A stretch of 64,000 nucleotides of DNA from Lepidodermella squamata (taxonomy: Eukaryota; Animalia; Gastrotricha): the NCBI GenBank assembly GCA_047495785.1, contig JBLDXI010000030.1, positions 930,001 through 994,000 on the forward strand, in the 5' to 3' direction. The notes beneath the pieces were generated by a model that saw only the letters and a program-made list of their open reading frames with translations, was not told the DNA's origin and ran no database searches. Position 1 is the first letter of the stretch. Each line of letters opens with the position of its first letter. The position numbers and the translations under genes were made by a program. Below, in pieces: positions 9,676-22,334 of this stretch.

Positions 9676-11313
9676 TCATGACATCATTACCGACAATAAG
9701 ACAACATCAGTGACGCCGATCAGTAACAATGTAAAAATCGTCACCCCCAGATCGAAATATCGCACGAGTGTCATGCTCAATCTCCAGAACGTGATCACTT
9801 CTCCAGGATTTTGGGCATAGTAGCAAGCTATCAGCATGTATATGGTAAGAGCTATTCCGACGATATATTTCATCAAAATTCCAACGACGGTGTAGATGGT
9901 TTCAGAAGTTTCTGGGACGTGGGCAGTCACCAAGCCAAACGTGACAGAGTTAGCCAAGACAACGGTCATGCTGAAGGCAGGCCTATCAGGCATTTCGGGT
10001 GGCATCAAAATACAGACAAGTTGTGTGATAAACAGGCCGTAAGTCGGTACGAAAACCGTGATGATTTGAGACATTGGTTTCCGCTTGAATACAAATCTGA
10101 TGCCTATACCTTTGATCTGGAATCCTTCTGGTGTTAGATACCTTGTTTCCTCGGCAGTGCAGCTATGATAAGTCCATATGTCACTCGAATCTATAAAGTC
10201 GGGTGACACCTGAACGTCATCGAGTGAGAAAACAGAAAATTCCTCTTCATGCATTGATGTGAGTTTAATGGAACACTCAAATACGTCGAACGGGAATTTC
10301 GCGAATTTTGTGTTGCAGAGCGATGTTATGGTCCCTGGAGCTACAAGGTACCCATAAAGACCTCCGTCGGGCATTGCCGTAACCTGAGATTCTAGTGCCA
10401 TCCTTACAATCAAATCTTAGAACTGAATATTCGTAGGATCCCCCACAGAGCAGCAGGCCTCAAAACGGGATAAACTCAAAAAGTGGTGCAAACGGTACGC
10501 AACAATAAATATAATTAATTATGCGTAATTTCTGAATATAGGCTAATCATAACTTTAAGGGCCCAGCTTATGAATTTTGGAAATAATTTCGAAGCGACTT
10601 TTTCGACCAAGTTCAGGTCTGAGATCCATTACAGAGTTTTCATGCTCCTAGATTTTTGGTGTGAAAAGCTATAATAGCTGGCCATCATGTTAGTCCATGT
10701 TAGTTGAAAATCGGAGGCTAAGCCCGAGCGCTTACTGGGAGGACTGTTTAGTTCGTTTACCCTGCTTTGAAGCCTGCTGCTCTGTGGGGGACCGATAACT
10801 GTAGTAACATAAACTACTCACTGTTCGAATGGACGGGTCGTTTCGTAGCCATTATCATGAAGAATGATAGGATACCAAACAGGATTTTCATCAGGCTTGC
10901 CTATTGGCCGTGGAAAATTGGTCGAAAAGCGATTCATTTCACACATTTTGCTTGCCAAATTGTTGTTTAGTATTGAGCAATTGAACTGCCTACCGCAAAT
11001 ATATGGCCAGGTAAATCGGAATACTCCATACAGTGCCATGCTTAAGGTCAAGAAGAAGAAATAGGAAAATGCCTTGCTTGAAGTTGACTAACGTTTTTTC
11101 GACCTCAGTGATTGCTACTAGGCTAGTGAATAATGCTCGCATGGAGATATTTAATTTCTGCCCGCAAAAGGCTACACTATCAACAGGTAAGTTAGGAGAG
11201 CTGACATCTGGAAATGCTGTGATGATGTTGTCTCGAATCAAAGCTGCAATTGAAGGTTCACTCGAGGCCACCTGCAGATTCATCGCAATGAATAGTGTTT
11301 TTAAAAGGCTCAT
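9676..11313 (-). CDS. Cys-loop pLGIC subunit, subfamily B, intact
   Basis: Exons 11313-11093, 11040-10822, 10402-9676 (221/219/727 nt); intron 2 enlarged to 419 nt by a MITE. Confidence 0.9.
10439..10791. mobile_element. MITE in intron 2
   Basis: ~30-bp imperfect TIR TCCCCCACAGAGCAGCAGGC... / ...GCCTGCTGCTCTGTGGGGGA; TSD not clear. Confidence 0.75.
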
Positions 11314-11799
11314 CGAGATTAAAAACCACGAAGGCTTATGAAAACTTTGCGACGGTCGAGCAAGGGATTTGTTAAAAATGATTGCATGCTGGTGCCGAAC
11401 AACACCCGTCCGGATATTGGATTTTCAGATCCTTCGAACCAGCGTTGCTATTTCAATAAAATTCTCAAATTCATGCTCACTTGCAAATCAGAGGGAAATA
11501 AACGATTTTGCAAATCTATTCGCTGTGAGAGGTTAAATCCAGACTATATCTGAAACGCTCAAAAAATCGATCAACCCAATGTTTTCTCGCAACTCAGAAA
11601 TGAAAACTTGCTCATGATCGATTACGTCTAAAGGCTGAAATAAAAAAAAAATATGGCGACAATTTCATAACGCGCCAGGGCAGTCAGTTTGCAATGCAGC
11701 AAGCACAAGGTAATTATACAATTTTATATTATACTACTTGATAGCTGCTATAGAACTAGACCGCGTTGTACATCGTAGGTAGCCAAAGATCGAGAGACT

Positions 11800-12120
11800 T
11801 CAAAATAACATCCGGGAGAAAAGAATTACGTCCATAATCACTACAACACGAGGCCTGCTTTTACAGCCATCGTCATATCCAAAAGCCAATGCATAGGCAT
11901 TTTTGAGATTTGAAAACTCGAGATTTCACAGACTCAGAGAGAAGCAAGTAAAGTCCGTGATTATGACTGCTACGATGAATTTCTCGCTATCATGTTGTTG
12001 GCATCATGCCAACGCAGGAGAAGACAACAAGTGGTGTCAAAAAAAGTAATATAGTAACCCATCTCATTGAATGGGGTTAATGAAAAGATCGCGACCCGGT
12101 TCCTGTTAAACGTCGGCATG
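11800..12120 (-). pseudogene. Collapsed subfamily A remnant
   Basis: Ordered fragments matching stop/M4, M3, the EMGYY ECD segment and the upstream CCTGTTAAACG motif, joined by large deletions. Confidence 0.75.
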
Positions 12121-12776
12121 CACATGGAGTTGAGTCCAGAAAAGCCGATCAGAAAGGGGGCAGTGTTCAAGTAAGCCAGAAAGCAAGACCTTCATTCCTG
12201 ACCAAGTTCGAAATCATGTGATGAAGTTGGTCGAAAAATTTAACCCTCTCACGGTTGTGAAATTTGGAATTTTGACTTCGACAGTGCACCAACATTTTGA
12301 TTCGGACCGCCCTTTTTCACAGTTTGATCAGTAACAGCGTTCTTTGTTCTAATCCCTGATCAGGTAATATTGTTAAGGGTGGGTCCGGGAATTCAAGTCA
12401 TTCAAGAATCTTGGATGATGTTTTCTGACTTTTCATCATACTAATCATTAAAATGTGACCAAAGGGGCTTTTTGGGGTTTTCTTGCCGGGACCTCCCTCG
12501 ATACCGCCGGTACGCCCGGTACGTTACACATTGATTCTGATTTGAAATAGACATTTCCTGACAAAGCTGGCATAAAGTCCATTTTACCAGTTTCCGTAAG
12601 AAAAGAGAATTGAAAAAATTGAGCGTCGGCTCAACATTAGTGTTTGACCAAAGAATCAAATTTCCGATATACAAGCGCATCTCTGCTAACGCAGCAGTTA
12701 TATGGCTTTTCCTCGCTGCTTTTATATATGAAGTCTCAGCGTTTGTGAATCAGTAGGCAGAAATTTTATTAGGACG

Positions 12777-15559
12777 ATGAACCTTTCATCTCTAATTCTT
12801 ATTGCTTCGTACTTGCACGCAGTAAAGTGTAATGGAAGCGTTTCTGGTTCGATGCGGGAAGACCTGCTAAAGGCTTTCCCTGAAGTCAATGCGCCAAATT
12901 TACCCGTGGATAGTATGGCTACATGCAAGACAAAGCTGAATATAACTCTCACTATTTACTTTACTAATTTAGTCGGCATCGACGAGCTGGAAAAAACGTA
13001 AATACATAACTCGAATCACAACATTTTGTTAACAGGCCATGTTAATAGGCTGTCAGTGTACGGAATAAATAGATTCAGCTGGCCTTACAATTGCGGAGAA
13101 CCGTTCGAATGTTCGATATTTCAAAACGAATCGTCAAGAAAAAGTTGCGAAGACAATCGCGCCTCGGTCAACATTCCTCGACCGTTGGGGAACCCTGAGC
13201 AGCAAGTGCACGTTTTTTGCGAAATACTGCCAAGTTCCAGTGGGAATTGCAAGAAACTGCCTGAAAACGCCGTTTACTGCCATTTTTCATCTTTTTTCAA
13301 AACTTACTGCAGTTTTTGGAAAAAACTGGAAGTTGAAAGCTGGAAACCGCAGTAACTTCGCGAAATTGACAGTTTTTCACGAAACTTAGGAAATTCGGCA
13401 TTTTGCGACCCGAAGTTAACTGCCAGGTAAAATATTTCTTCGCCGCCGTAAAAAACTTTCGATTTTTCTTTATTTTCACTGCGAAGTGAGAAATAGTGAA
13501 CGAAATTGAACGAAATTCGATGCCTCGACCTCTAGTTTTTTGCCGAAAATTCCCTGGCTCGAAAACTGCCTTCTACCTATCCGGATCAAACTTATTTTAT
13601 TTATCATGAAATTTCTCGTTTTTCTCGATTTTACCTAATTTTTCCTAATTATTTACCTGGATCCTAAAAATTACCGAATTTTTATCGTTTTCAGCCTGAA
13701 CCATCTAAAATATAAGAATGACAGCAAAATTCGATAATTTGGATTTTTCTTAAAAGCCAAATTTTTAATGACTGAAAATTGTCGCTCTAAATAAAAGCTG
13801 AAATAGGGCAAAATCATTGTTATTGGGGCGCTCGATTGTTGTGCACACAGGCCTCGGGGTGTTGCGTAATCACGCCATGCTTCAAAAATGTGGCTTTTTG
13901 GTTCCTTCAAATCATCATATTTTTGTTTTCAATTCCAAAACATCCATCCCTATGTCCTATTTAGTAAGAATTTTTCGTCCGGCCTCAATTTCGCATTCTG
14001 AGCTTCATCGTTGCCTTGCTACCAGGTGTGTCGACCATGCAATTTGGACAAGTCAGATATTTATCCAATTTTCAAGGTAATTTTGAAATTAATTCCGTTT
14101 TCTTTTATTTACCCGCAACTTTTGAAGGTTTGTCCTGCGAATCGATTTTGCAGTCGAACCAGTCTTAACGGGCCGTTCAGCAATTCGTAATGGTATCGAT
14201 GAATAATTAACAAGGTATTTTAGTGTTCAATTAATTTCAATTATTAATTTCAATTAATTTCTACAGGTTATCGGGCCTGCTCCAGTGGCGGTTTCTGCAT
14301 CAGTCACAGCCGTTGTTCGAGCGTCTCGTGAAACATCATTCACTATTAACTTGACAATTTTTCATTTTTTTTATTGATCAGTTATGATGAATAAAATGAT
14401 ACTTGCATCGACGGATTTGCGTGAAGGGTAAAACTGTCTTTTTTGAAACAGAGAGTGAAAGCCGCATTTCTAATAGTGAATGCGAAGTACAAATGGCCCT
14501 GAGTGAAAGTTCTAGTGAAATTAGCAACGAGCAAGTAACTGCGCAGTAGAAACCATCTCTCACCACAAAAACTCTCACCGCAGAAAACCACCCAGAAAAC
14601 TGTCCAGCTCGGCAAAAAACTAGACTTTTGACAGAATACTGCCAACAGAAAAACTCTCGCTAATTTGCATATTTAGTTTTTTTGATCTAGGCAGTTAAAA
14701 GGCCCGAAATTGTCGCTCGGGGAAGCCTGACGATAACCCTGTGTGGTATCCTCAGATGGTACATGAGAACGGCCACTCAACGAGCCGTCCTTTCGAAGAG
14801 TAAGGGAAGATGAATCTTTCAATAATTTGCGACTGTCTTTTCATGTTTTTTTAGAATGGCAACGGCCGCAAGCCTAATGTCCATGTCGGATGGGCGGCTA
14901 TATGGCTTCCTGGTCACTCCAGGGACCATCACATCGATTTGCGATACATCATTCGCCAAGTTCCCATTCGACGAGTTTCAGTGTTCAATCCTTCTCACAT
15001 CGTTGGATTATTACGAATTTTCAGATGTTATCTTGGATAATCCGGGAATTCATCCAGGCTTGGTCGCAGAAAGTGACATCTGGGTATTCCAACGTTGTGA
15101 CGTATTTCGAAGTTACACGTTTCAAAATGAGGGATTTACAACTCAATCCGTTTACATCCGATTTGTTTTCAATCGAAAACCAGGCTACTACGTCTTCACG
15201 GTGTTTGTCCCGACATACGGCCTATTCCTCACGCAACTCCTATGCTTGGTTTTGCCTCCTGAAATGTCTGATAGACCTGCCTTCAGCATGGCCGTTGTCT
15301 TGGCTAACTCTGTCACTCTCAGCTTGTTGATTGACCAGGTCCCCGTTACGTCGGAAATCATATACGTTGTAATTGGTATTCTCATGAAATACATCGCTGG
15401 ACTGGTCATGACTGGCTACATGCTGGTCGCTTGTTACTACGCCCAAACTCCCAGTAGACTGATCAAATTTGGGAAATTGCGAATGACAGCTGTTCGATAC
15501 GTTGACCTGGCTATTACAATACTTGTAGTATTTGCCACAACAATTGTTGATATCATCAC
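12777..15559 (+). pseudogene. Subfamily B pLGIC interrupted by a 1.5-kb transposon and clipped at the duplication junction
   Basis: Exon 1 12777-12997; exon 2 13049-13192 plus 14725-14799; exon 3 from 14855; last codons (FLMMTA*) replaced by antisense A-gene sequence, reading on to 15719. Confidence 0.85.
13193..14722. mobile_element. Non-autonomous CMC/CACTA(EnSpm)-like DNA transposon, 1,530 bp
   Basis: Inserted in the LGKPD codons; termini CCCTGAGCAGCAA / TTGTCGCTCGGGG (10/13 inverted match), 2-bp AA TSD; CCC termini with 2-bp TSD are typical of animal EnSpm elements. Confidence 0.75.
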
Positions 15560-16580
15560 TAGGGCTGAAGCAAGTATATGCCGTGATTATAACTGCAACG
15601 ACGAATTTAACCGCTATCATGTAGACAAGGTAGACGTGAGCCGATGTTGTTGGCATCATGCCAAAAATCAAGGTCAGAAAAACAATATAAGACAATACGA
15701 CAGTTACGCAGAAAGATGATTGGTCCCTGTTTATGGGCTCGGCAATCAAAGAGACGACTTGAAGAATGAATAGCGTAATGGTTGGTACGAATATGTTGCA
15801 GACGTAGTAGCCACTTTTGCGACGAAATCGGATCGTCATGTTAATTCGGCTAACACTAAAGGTACCTTTAGCCTGCGCACATACATAGCTACTATATTCG
15901 AGTGGCTCGACAACTGACCATATGTCAGTGTCCACGATGAAGGTATCTCGGGCGGAGACATCGATATCAAATGATTGAAGGTTGAACTTCACGTCTTTTA
16001 TAACATCAGCGGATTCAAAAACTAGCGTGCAGGCTTGCGTGTCAAAAGGGAATTTGCGGTAGCTGAAATCAGTGCAGGAGACGTCGAATCGGTCGAAAAC
16101 GTTGTAACCCATCTCACTCAATGGCATGAATGGAAAGATCGTGACCCGGTCGCTTGATTTGCGATTGAAAGCAGGAGATTCACTCGCAGTCAAGTGATAG
16201 ATCCCTGGAGTCCAAATATTTAACGCAGGGACCATGAAGAAGAGGTCGGCGGGATCGAGTATATCGCACTCGTTTTCGGATAGCAAATCCGTGCATTTAG
16301 GAATTTCGCATGGCAAGCCCCAATCCATGGTCAGAGATGCGACTAAAGACAACTTTTGCTCCACGTCGTCGATTCCAACAAACCGATGGAGGGCCATTGT
16401 GATGTTGACGACTATCGGACGGCTGCCATTAGAATAAAGCAATTGATCAAACGTTAAACTTGTGGACCGAACTGATGGGCAGAATTTAGCAAGTCGCTCT
16501 TCAAAGTCTATTACTGTTGATATGGCATCCCCAATTGGCGCGTGCTCAGCCACCATCAACATAACTAGGAGCGATTTCAT
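15558..16580 (-). pseudogene. Subfamily A copy truncated after M3 (M4 lost) at the duplication junction
   Basis: Identical to 7022-6000; after YTCFSPS the ORF reads into the antisense strand of the B gene to 15240 (446 aa). Confidence 0.85.
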
Positions 16581-17198
16581 GTCAGTTATAGCGTTGGAAT
16601 TGAATGCACGTGCAAGGATTCTCCGTTGTATTCTTGTTTAAGTAAAACTCATCGATAAAGCAAGCCGTCACCACCAATTTCCGGTTAAACTTTGGCATCT
16701 GCATGAATTTAACTCCACGGATATTAATGGAATCGATGGAATGCTGTTAAATTTTAATCTCACCTTTCTATCACCAAAATCCTTAGCCTTTGAACTTCAT
16801 CCAGTAAATGAAATACAGTAAATGTTCAAGAAATAATGGTTGGGCTATTTTTGGAATTGAACTTTGGCCAGACGACACGCAATTGATGACAGCGACCTAT
16901 TTCCACTTTGACATCAAACCTTGACCTCGTCGTTTTACGTCTGCTTCTAACATGTTATCGATATCGATCATAGTAACGAATTTTCCATGAAATCGGTTTT
17001 TTCGGTAGTGTATAATTAGGCGGTTTTAGACCTTTCAAGTTGAAATTTTCAAATAAAACCGACAAAACCGCTTCCTTTGTCAAATAATACATTTCTGTGA
17101 TTCTAGCATATATAAAAACTGGTTTTTCCACCGGTTTAAACCGGTTTATACCGAAGAGTGGTTTTTTCAACAAAAAAACCGGTCGGTATTTTACACTG

Positions 17199-18012
17199 CG
17201 TGAAAATGGCTTCACAACGAGTCGTCCTTTCGAAGGGTAAGGAAATATAGTGTTCACGTAAAGGTTTTGCAAAAACCTGTTGATGTATTTCAGAATGACA
17301 ACGGCTGCAAGCCTAATTTACTTTTCGCATAAGCGGCTTTACGGTTATATAGTAGCTCCGGGGAGCATCACATCCATTTGTGATACGAAATTTTCCAAAT
17401 TCCTCTTTGGCGTATTTGACTGTTCGATCGTCCTTCCTTACGTCATTGGATTTTAACGAATTTTCAAATATACTCTTGAATACCCCTGACGTGGCTTGGG
17501 GCTTGGGGCTTTGTCTCAGAATGCGACATATGGGTTTTATAGAGCGTTACCTTGAACCAGGATTACTTCAATCAACAGGATAGATTTACCACCGCATCAA
17601 CGTCGGTCCGATTTGTTTTCAATCGAAAACCAGGCACGTATTCATTGTGTTTCGGCTTGTTCATCACGCAGCTCCTATACCTTGTTTTGCCTCCTGAAAT
17701 GCCTGACAGACCTGCATTCAGCATGACCGTCGTATTGGCCAACTTCGTTACTCTCGGCTTTTTGATCAATCAGGTCCCTGTTACGTCGGAAATCATATAC
17801 GTTGTAATTGGAATTCCGATGAAATATATCGCCGGGCTGGTTATGATGACTTGCTACATGCTGGTCCCTTGCTACTACGCCAAAACACCTTGCAAACTGA
17901 TCAAGGTCTGGAAATTGCGAATGACTGCTGTTCGCTGTTCGGTACTTCGACCTAACTCTTACCATACTTATTGTTATTGCCACAACAATAGTTTTTGATG
18001 ATGACTGCCTAA
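17199..18012 (+). pseudogene. Duplicate of the B pseudogene at 7641-8454
   Basis: Same lesions at +9558. Confidence 0.87.
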
Positions 18013-19233
18013 ATCGTCGCATCGGACGGGATACGAAGATTTCACGGCTACATGACTTTGATGATTTCTGAATTCTTTTCTCAACAATGTATTCTTTGTA
18101 GTATTCATTATTTTTTTTCAACTTGAGTGGGCTGAATTAGATCACTTTTATCAAATCAATTTTCATATTCAACTTCAATGGAGTTCCTCGTCAAATTTCA
18201 AATGCCACAGGCCGCCAGTTTTAATTATTTCATATCAAAATGTGATCGCCTTAGAAAATGTTTCAATATTGTACGAATTTGTCACTGGTACATATGCATG
18301 CAATGATCTAATTCTTTCTTTCTTTCTCGAGATCATGTTGAGAATGACGGGTAACTTGTATTTATGGTCGATTAATGTTCTTGCTGATTGCTGTGGATAC
18401 GGCTTACCTCCTCTTGCACAAACCGACTTGCACAAACTCATTTGCACGAAATGCCAGTTCACGGTCGTCGCCAGTTTTCAATTAAATAGCTGCACGGTGC
18501 ATGTCAAATGACCAGAACTGACAATTTCGGTTGTTTATAAGCTCATTTCTCACACTTTAAGCGTCCAATAAAAATGGTTTTTGTTAAAATGCGCTCTTTG
18601 GTTCAAATTGTTGCTTTGCTAGTTCCAATCCCTTAATAGAGCCTGGTTCGTCCAGTAATTCAGTGATTTGGATTCTAACAGAAATTAAAAATAAAAGATC
18701 CAACTTGAAACGCGAAGCTCCAGGCGGAAATAGCGCATGGAATGCGCAGGATATTTTCGGCGACATTAGGCAATTTTAGTTAAGAAACGCTTTTAAAAAG
18801 GCTTGGAAAAAGCGTGGTAAATGAAAAGAAAAATTAGGCAGCTGCTAGGAAAACGCTAAAAAACAAGGTGGAAACAAGTTATCGAATTGTTAGAAGGAAG
18901 ATTAGAAATAGAGCAGCTTTCATAGGAAATTAGGCGATTTTCAGTTTCTGCACATGAAGGCCTGCATGTTTTGCAGCCCTGGGATCAGGTAAAGTGTTAT
19001 GGGATCAAGGCAACTCATTTTAACATCAGTGAGAAAGCGCTCGTAAATTGGCAAGTTCAACTCAGCAAACTACGAGGGAGCTGTAAATGTGATAAGCCCC
19101 AGAGTTCCTTGTCTCGTGAAAATTGTTACTTGTAGCATTTTTGCATTAATGGTAGTCTCAAGTTTATTCAGCATTAAAATGATTAACGCATCGTTTCACA
19201 TTATGCCCTATTTCACCCACGTGACACCTGGTT

Positions 19234-20871
19234 TCATGACATCATTACCGACAATAAGACAACATCAGTGACGCCGATCAGTAACAATGTAAAAATCGTC
19301 ACCCCCAGATCGAAATATCGCACGAGTGTCATGCTCAATCTCCAGAACGTGATCACTTCTCCAGGATTTTGGGCATAGTAGCAAGCTATCAGCATGTATA
19401 TGGTAAGAGCTATTCCGACGATATATTTCATCAAAATTCCAACGACGGTGTAGATGGTTTCAGAAGTTTCTGGGACGTGGGCAGTCACCAAGCCAAACGT
19501 GACAGAGTTAGCCAAGACAACGGTCATGCTGAAGGCAGGCCTATCAGGCATTTCGGGTGGCATCAAAATACAGACAAGTTGTGTGATAAACAGGCCGTAA
19601 GTCGGTACGAAAACCGTGATGATTTGAGACATTGGTTTCCGCTTGAATACAAATCTGATGCCTATACCTTTGATCTGGAATCCTTCTGGTGTTAGATACC
19701 TTGTTTCCTCGGCAGTGCAGCTATGATAAGTCCATATGTCACTCGAATCTATAAAGTCGGGTGACACCTGAACGTCATCGAGTGAGAAAACAGAAAATTC
19801 CTCTTCATGCATTGATGTGAGTTTAATGGAACACTCAAATACGTCGAACGGGAATTTCGCGAATTTTGTGTTGCAGAGCGATGTTATGGTCCCTGGAGCT
19901 ACAAGGTACCCATAAAGACCTCCGTCGGGCATTGCCGTAACCTGAGATTCTAGTGCCATCCTTACAATCAAATCTTAGAACTGAATATTCGTAGGATCCC
20001 CCACAGAGCAGCAGGCCTCAAAACGGGATAAACTCAAAAAGTGGTGCAAACGGTACGCAACAATAAATATAATTAATTATGCGTAATTTCTGAATATAGG
20101 CTAATCATAACTTTAAGGGCCCAGCTTATGAATTTTGGAAATAATTTCGAAGCGACTTTTTCGACCAAGTTCAGGTCTGAGATCCATTACAGAGTTTTCA
20201 TGCTCCTAGATTTTTGGTGTGAAAAGCTATAATAGCTGGCCATCATGTTAGTCCATGTTAGTTGAAAATCGGAGGCTAAGCCCGAGCGCTTACTGGGAGG
20301 ACTGTTTAGTTCGTTTACCCTGCTTTGAAGCCTGCTGCTCTGTGGGGGACCGATAACTGTAGTAACATAAACTACTCACTGTTCGAATGGACGGGTCGTT
20401 TCGTAGCCATTATCATGAAGAATGATAGGATACCAAACAGGATTTTCATCAGGCTTGCCTATTGGCCGTGGAAAATTGGTCGAAAAGCGATTCATTTCAC
20501 ACATTTTGCTTGCCAAATTGTTGTTTAGTATTGAGCAATTGAACTGCCTACCGCAAATATATGGCCAGGTAAATCGGAATACTCCATACAGTGCCATGCT
20601 TAAGGTCAAGAAGAAGAAATAGGAAAATGCCTTGCTTGAAGTTGACTAACGTTTTTTCGACCTCAGTGATTGCTACTAGGCTAGTGAATAATGCTCGCAT
20701 GGAGATATTTAATTTCTGCCCGCAAAAGGCTACACTATCAACAGGTAAGTTAGGAGAGCTGACATCTGGAAATGCTGTGATGATGTTGTCTCGAATCAAA
20801 GCTGCAATTGAAGGTTCACTCGAGGCCACCTGCAGATTCATCGCAATGAATAGTGTTTTTAAAAGGCTCAT
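19234..20871 (-). CDS. Cys-loop pLGIC subunit, subfamily B, intact duplicate of 9676-11313
   Basis: Exons 20871-20651, 20598-20380, 19960-19234. Confidence 0.88.
19997..20349. mobile_element. MITE in intron 2 (duplicate of 10439-10791)
   Basis: Same TIRs at +9558. Confidence 0.75.
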
Positions 20872-21357
20872 CGAGATTAAAAACCACGAAGGCTTATGAA
20901 AACTTTGCGACGGTCGAGCAAGGGATTTGTTAAAAATGATTGCATGCTGGTGCCGAACAACACCCGTCCGGATATTGGATTTTCAGATCCTTCGAACCAG
21001 CGTTGCTATTTCAATAAAATTCTCAAATTCATGCTCACTTGCAAATCAGAGGGAAATAAACGATTTTGCAAATCTATTCGCTGTGAGAGGTTAAATCCAG
21101 ACTATATCTGAAACGCTCAAAAAATCGATCAACCCAATGTTTTCTCGCAACTCAGAAATGAAAACTTGCTCATGATCGATTACGTCTAAAGGCTGAAATA
21201 AAAAAAAAATATGGCGACAATTTCATAACGCGCCAGGGCAGTCAGTTTGCAATGCAGCAAGCACAAGGTAATTATACAATTTTATATTATACTACTTGAT
21301 AGCTGCTATAGAACTAGACCGCGTTGTACATCGTAGGTAGCCAAAGATCGAGAGACT

Positions 21358-21678
21358 TCAAAATAACATCCGGGAGAAAAGAATTACGTCCATAATCACT
21401 ACAACACGAGGCCTGCTTTTACAGCCATCGTCATATCCAAAAGCCAATGCATAGGCATTTTTGAGATTTGAAAACTCGAGATTTCACAGACTCAGAGAGA
21501 AGCAAGTAAAGTCCGTGATTATGACTGCTACGATGAATTTCTCGCTATCATGTTGTTGGCATCATGCCAACGCAGGAGAAGACAACAAGTGGTGTCAAAA
21601 AAAGTAATATAGTAACCCATCTCATTGAATGGGGTTAATGAAAAGATCGCGACCCGGTTCCTGTTAAACGTCGGCATG
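21358..21678 (-). pseudogene. Collapsed subfamily A remnant (duplicate)
   Basis: Copy of 11800-12120. Confidence 0.75.
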
Positions 21679-22334
21679 CACATGGAGTTGAGTCCAGAAA
21701 AGCCGATCAGAAAGGGGGCAGTGTTCAAGTAAGCCAGAAAGCAAGACCTTCATTCCTGACCAAGTTCGAAATCATGTGATGAAGTTGGTCGAAAAATTTA
21801 ACCCTCTCACGGTTGTGAAATTTGGAATTTTGACTTCGACAGTGCACCAACATTTTGATTCGGACCGCCCTTTTTCACAGTTTGATCAGTAACAGCGTTC
21901 TTTGTTCTAATCCCTGATCAGGTAATATTGTTAAGGGTGGGTCCGGGAATTCAAGTCATTCAAGAATCTTGGATGATGTTTTCTGACTTTTCATCATACT
22001 AATCATTAAAATGTGACCAAAGGGGCTTTTTGGGGTTTTCTTGCCGGGACCTCCCTCGATACCGCCGGTACGCCCGGTACGTTACACATTGATTCTGATT
22101 TGAAATAGACATTTCCTGACAAAGCTGGCATAAAGTCCATTTTACCAGTTTCCGTAAGAAAAGAGAATTGAAAAAATTGAGCGTCGGCTCAACATTAGTG
22201 TTTGACCAAAGAATCAAATTTCCGATATACAAGCGCATCTCTGCTAACGCAGCAGTTATATGGCTTTTCCTCGCTGCTTTTATATATGAAGTCTCAGCGT
22301 TTGTGAATCAGTAGGCAGAAATTTTATTAGGACG

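Larger units (their letters stand above)
6000..15559. repeat. Tandem duplication copy 1 (unit 9,558 bp)
   Basis: Every ORF recurs at +9558; only one difference noticed by eye (T7763 vs C17321); 2-bp AC microhomology at the junction. Confidence 0.97.

Noticed and set aside
8117-9713. Short 60-150 aa ORFs here and throughout the ORF track
   Set aside because: Antisense shadows of receptor exons or AT-rich intergenic/MITE sequence with no recognisable motifs
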